From the NCBI GenBank assembly GCA_038321985.1, contig JBBQFN010000006.1:157332-221331 (forward strand): 64,000 nucleotides of DNA, given 5' to 3'. Below, piece by piece: positions 60,256 to 64,000 of this stretch (position 1 is its first letter; every line of letters begins with the position of its first letter). The position numbers and the translations under genes were made by a program. Origin of the DNA: Cyanophyceae cyanobacterium (lineage in GTDB: Bacteria > Cyanobacteriota > Cyanobacteriia > Cyanobacteriales > Laspinemataceae). The notes beneath the pieces were generated by a model, which was not told where the DNA came from, did not search any database, and saw nothing but the letters and a program-made list of their open reading frames with translations.

Positions 60256-60683
60256 CACTATGGGTATTTGATACAGATTGTCTCTCCCTTTTGCAACGGG
60301 GACATCCACAAATTAATCAGCGCATTCAGTCGGTTGATCCTGAACATTTAGCGGTTACAATTGTGACCGTGGAAGAACAATTGTATGGACGACTCAATCG
60401 AATTAGCCGATCGCCCTCCGGAGATGCGCTGATTTTAGCCTACGCCAAACTCCGGGAAACGGTAGATGATTTCAATCAGCTTAATCTCCTCGATTTCGAT
60501 CGCCGGGCGTTGACTGAATACCAAAAGTTGATACACCAACGAATCCGGATCGGGACCCAAGACTTAAAAATCGGGGCGATCGCCCTGAAGCGCAGTGTGA
60601 TTCTGGTACTCCGCAACCGTCGTGATTTTGAACAGATCCCGGGGTGGCAGTGGTCAGATTGGCCGATCGCCCCCGAGGAGTGA
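60252..60683 (+). CDS. vapC: PIN-domain (VapC) toxin
   Basis: VFDTD, VEEQ, TQDLKIGAIAL, RNRRDF-x-x-IPG. Confidence 0.88.
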   Translation: MTLWVFDTDCLSLLQRGHPQINQRIQSVDPEHLAVTIVTVEEQLYGRLNRISRSPSGDALILAYAKLRETVDDFNQLNLLDFDRRALTEYQKLIHQRIRIGTQDLKIGAIALKRSVILVLRNRRDFEQIPGWQWSDWPIAPEE

Positions 60684-60727
60684 GAACGGGTGCGATCAGT
60701 GTTCCCGATCACACCCACTCCACTGGA

Positions 60728-63484
60728 TTATAAATCAATCTCAGCGCGAATCACATCTTCATGGCGCCGCAGGCTGAAACCCACTTTCTGAGACAGGTGT
60801 TGCATGGCACCATTATCCGGCAGAATATCAGCCGTAATTCGCACGAGCTTCTCACTTCGTCCCACTTCAATCAACTGTTGCAACAGTTTCGTTCCTAACC
60901 CTAACCCTTGATAAGGGTCAGCCACGAGTAATCCAAATTCCCCTTCATTGGACCCGTGTAACTTCGTCAGACGACCGAATCCGAGGATTTGATGTTCTCC
61001 CGTTGCGGGATCTCGGTAATCTGCCACCAGTGCCATTTCGCGATCGTAATCGATAAAGCAAATCCGGGCTAACCGTTCGTGAGAAATTCGGCGACTGAGT
61101 TTCAGCAGGTGGAAGTACCGGAAATAGACTGAGCGATCGCTCAAAGACTCATGAAACTTAACCACCAAAGGTTCATCTTCCGGACGAATCGGACGAATTC
61201 TCACCGGCGTACCATTCTTCATCGACCACATAGTAATATACTGAGTGGGATAGGGCCGAATCGCTGGACGCGGTAACTCATCGGGATTGCTATCAGGATC
61301 GTGAAGTACCACCCTGGCATCTAAGGCGATAATCTGTTCAGGAGATACCAGCAGTGGATTAATATCGGTCTCTTTAATCCAAGGTTGTTCGACGATTAAC
61401 TGACTAAATCTCACCATTAATTGCTCGATCGCCGCGATATCCACCGGGTCCCGTCCCCGAATCCCCTGGAGGGCTTTGTATATTTTAGTCTGTTCCATCA
61501 TCCGCCGCGCTAGGGTAGTATTCAACGGTGGCAACCCCAAAGCTCGGTCTTTAAACACTTCCACCAACTGTCCCCCGGTCCCAAATAGCAAGACGGGGCC
61601 AAATTGCGGGTCAATACTGCTGCCAACGATTAACTCATACCCGTCTAACTTAATCATCGGCTGGACGGTTACCCCTTGGAAATATTCCGCCCCAGCTTTT
61701 TGGGTTACCGAGGTTTCAATCGCCCGATAAGCATTTCCCACAGCTTCAGGACTGCCTAAATTGAGCTTCACCCCCCCCACATCGGTTTTATGGGTAATTC
61801 TTTCAGAATACAGTTTGAGAACGATGGGATAGCCGATTTGATTGGCAGAGGCGATCGCTTCAGCTTCACTCGTGGCAATGTGAGTTTCCACCGTAGGAAT
61901 GCCATAAGCGGCGAATATCTGTTTCGATTCAAACTCAGTCAACAGGTTGCGTCCCTCTTTCCGCGCCTGGGTGATGATTTTCTCAACTAACGCGCGATCG
62001 GGCGTGTTTTGGTCATCATCTTTGGGGAGTACCGGCGTCTCGTATAAGGCGCGGAGGTTATAAGTGTAGCGCCACATATAATTAAACAACCGCGCTGCTG
62101 TATCCGGATAGGGAAAGGTGGGGATATTCGCTTGATTCAGGAAGTTCGCCCCTTCTCGGACATCTTCCCCTCCCATCCAGCTTGCCAAAATCGGTTTATC
62201 TTTGATTTTGGCGTAGGGTTCCAGTTGTTTAGCGGTTTCTGTGGGGTCCGTCATGGCTTGTGGGGTTAAAATCACCAACAATCCATCACTATTCGGGTCT
62301 TTTGCAGCCTTCTCTAGGGTTTTGGCATAGCGACTGGGTTCCGCATCCCCTAAGATATCGATCGGGTTGCTACGACTCCAATGAGTGGGTAAAAATTCAT
62401 CCAGTTCTGAAATCGTTTCTTCTGAGAGTTCGGTGAGTTTTCCCCCTTCGGTAATCAGGGCGTCGGTGGCAATCACCCCGGGACCTCCGGCATTGGTGAG
62501 GATAGTTAAATGGGGTCCTTTGGGGCGCGGTTGTTTGGCAAGGACCTCGGACATATAGAAGACGTAGGAGATATTGTTGACGCGCAAGACTCCAGTCCGT
62601 CGGAAGGCGGCATCGAGCACTTCATCACTGCCGGTTAAGGTGCCGGTATGGGAGGCGGCAGCTTTGGCGGCAGCTTCGGTATGTCCAACTTTGATGACAA
62701 TGATGGGTTTACTTAGGGCTACTTCCCTTGCAGCAGAGAGGAACGATCGCGCGTTGCCAATGGATTCCATGTAGATGACGATGCTTTGAGTGTTGGGGTC
62801 ATCACCGAGGTAATAGATTAAATCCCCCCAACCCACATCCAGCATGGAACCAATGGACATAAAGGCGCTAAAGCCGACATTTTCCCGCAAACTCCAATCC
62901 AGAATCGCGGTACAGAGTGCCCCACTTTGGCTGATAAAGCCGACATTCCCCGGTTTTGCCATTTTGGTGGCAAAGGTGGCATTGAGTCCGGAGAGGGGAC
63001 TCATGACCCCGAGGCAGTTGGGTCCGATAATATGCATTTTACCGCGACGGGCTTCGGCGAGGATTTGCCGTTCGAGTTCGATTCCGGCAGGACCGATTTC
63101 TTTGAATCCGGCAGAAATGATAATCGCGCCGGGAATGCCGACATCGACGCATTCGCCAATGATCCCGGGTACGGTTGGGGCGGGGGTGACGATGATCGCC
63201 AAGTCTACTGGATCGGGTACAGCGGCAATAGTTGGATAGGCTTTGATCCCCAGGACGTTATCCCGCTTGGGATTGACGGGAAAGACGGCACCACCAAAGG
63301 GACTGGCAATCAGATTAGATAAAATGGTCCGTCCCACACTGCTTCGGCGATCGGTTGCACCGATTAAGGCAACATTTTTGGGTTTAAAGATGGCATCAAG
63401 GGTTTGCCGTTCGTAATGCAGGAAGTCTTGTGTAGAGACGGCGCGCTCTTTTTGGTCGGGTTTGGTGACAATTGGCTTTTCCAT
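60728..63484 (-). CDS. Acetate-CoA ligase (ADP-forming)-like / GNAT fusion (Pat/YfiQ family)
   Basis: [52 protein letters not shown]-terminal GNAT with [11 protein letters not shown] and YQGLGLG. Confidence 0.92.
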   Translation of the reverse strand: MEKPIVTKPDQKERAVSTQDFLHYERQTLDAIFKPKNVALIGATDRRSSVGRTILSNLIASPFGGAVFPVNPKRDNVLGIKAYPTIAAVPDPVDLAIIVTPAPTVPGIIGECVDVGIPGAIIISAGFKEIGPAGIELERQILAEARRGKMHIIGPNCLGVMSPLSGLNATFATKMAKPGNVGFISQSGALCTAILDWSLRENVGFSAFMSIGSMLDVGWGDLIYYLGDDPNTQSIVIYMESIGNARSFLSAAREVALSKPIIVIKVGHTEAAAKAAASHTGTLTGSDEVLDAAFRRTGVLRVNNISYVFYMSEVLAKQPRPKGPHLTILTNAGGPGVIATDALITEGGKLTELSEETISELDEFLPTHWSRSNPIDILGDAEPSRYAKTLEKAAKDPNSDGLLVILTPQAMTDPTETAKQLEPYAKIKDKPILASWMGGEDVREGANFLNQANIPTFPYPDTAARLFNYMWRYTYNLRALYETPVLPKDDDQNTPDRALVEKIITQARKEGRNLLTEFESKQIFAAYGIPTVETHIATSEAEAIASANQIGYPIVLKLYSERITHKTDVGGVKLNLGSPEAVGNAYRAIETSVTQKAGAEYFQGVTVQPMIKLDGYELIVGSSIDPQFGPVLLFGTGGQLVEVFKDRALGLPPLNTTLARRMMEQTKIYKALQGIRGRDPVDIAAIEQLMVRFSQLIVEQPWIKETDINPLLVSPEQIIALDARVVLHDPDSNPDELPRPAIRPYPTQYITMWSMKNGTPVRIRPIRPEDEPLVVKFHESLSDRSVYFRYFHLLKLSRRISHERLARICFIDYDREMALVADYRDPATGEHQILGFGRLTKLHGSNEGEFGLLVADPYQGLGLGTKLLQQLIEVGRSEKLVRITADILPDNGAMQHLSQKVGFSLRRHEDVIRAEIDL

Positions 63485-63871
63485 CGCTGGATGTTCCTTA
63501 AATATAATCTTCTAAATGGACATTATTCCAGAGGCGACCCGATCTTTTTGAGTAAAAAAGCTTAGAGTTACTTAGCCCTAGCGTACTCACTCCTGTTCGC
63601 TATTTCGGGAAAAAGTCACAATCCTTTTAGAATTGTGCAGTCGCCTGGTTCTAAATTGCGTCAGGTTATAGAGTCCCGTTGTTTCCACCTTAACGAAATT
63701 GATTGATGCTTGTCAGTGAGTTGGGATACTCCCTGGGGCGATCGCCTCTTCAAGTCACCTGCTGTTAACAATCCCGGAACGCCCGCAAGTGAGACCGCGC
63801 CCTTTTGTCAGGAATCCTTGAATATTCAGGCGATCGCCGGTTATCCCCCTAATTTTCTCCCGTTTACCCGT

Positions 63872-64000
63872 TTATTGCACCGGCAACCCATAACTCCTGA
63901 AAATTTCCATCACCGCTTCAATTTGTTCCTCTGTAGGGGGTTCGGTATTTTTAAGTTCATACTCATACCCCAACTGTTCCCACTTATATTCTCCCATTTG
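63872..64000 (-). CDS. pflA: 3' end of pyruvate formate-lyase activating enzyme (partial)
   Basis: Manual translation QMGEYKWEQLGYEYELKNTEPPTEEQIEAVMEIFRSYGLPVQ* matches the typical PflA C-terminus. Confidence 0.75.
   Translation of the reverse strand, partial: QMGEYKWEQLGYEYELKNTEPPTEEQIEAVMEIFRSYGLPVQ

Noticed and set aside
63485..63871. Possible small gene or sRNA between pflA and the acetate-CoA ligase gene
   Set aside because: No convincing ORF or known RNA motif found.
1..64000. Very frequent GCGATCGC octamer
   Set aside because: This is the known cyanobacterial HIP1 sequence; useful for taxonomy, not novel.

Overview
Cyanobacterial chromosomal DNA. The HIP1 octamer GCGATCGC is very frequent, and the gene content fits a filamentous Oscillatoriales-type organism (inference). 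Left to right, the window holds: (1) a truncated GDSL/SGNH hydrolase and a PhoD phosphatase sharing an N-terminal four-repeat module; (2) a convergent cluster of DUF2997, HTH-GrpE-like and atypical Hsp70 genes facing a Ycf46 AAA ATPase and two DUF1257 genes; (3) a hybrid REC-GAF-kinase behind a deletion scar; (4) a P-loop ATPase paired with an NLR-like TPR-NTPase-TM-WD40 protein; (5) a small secreted Cys-loop peptide gene; (6) a 2263-aa kinase-AAA-GAF-HK-REC-cyclase; (7) a SpkG/Fd5-like module with phycobiliprotein-like and linker-domain genes; (8) a split pntAB operon; (9) sufR divergent from ftrC-sufBCDS, with both SufR boxes; (10) a DUF6883/DUF4926 pair; (11) ycf29, PHP, HetZ-related, YrdC/YciO-family, larC, an orphan DNA methyltransferase, GNAT, a sodium:solute symporter and argF; (12) an Rpn nuclease with a stand-alone duplicate of its C-terminal module and a HicB-like/VapC pair; (13) an acetate-CoA ligase/GNAT fusion and the 3' end of pflA. 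I saw no rRNA, tRNA or CRISPR array. The best candidates for undescribed systems are the Ycf46/DUF1257/DUF2997 plus Hsp70/GrpE cluster, the ATPase plus NLR-like receptor (possibly with the peptide), and the duplicated Rpn antitoxin module. All family calls come from motif recognition by eye; no database searches were run.
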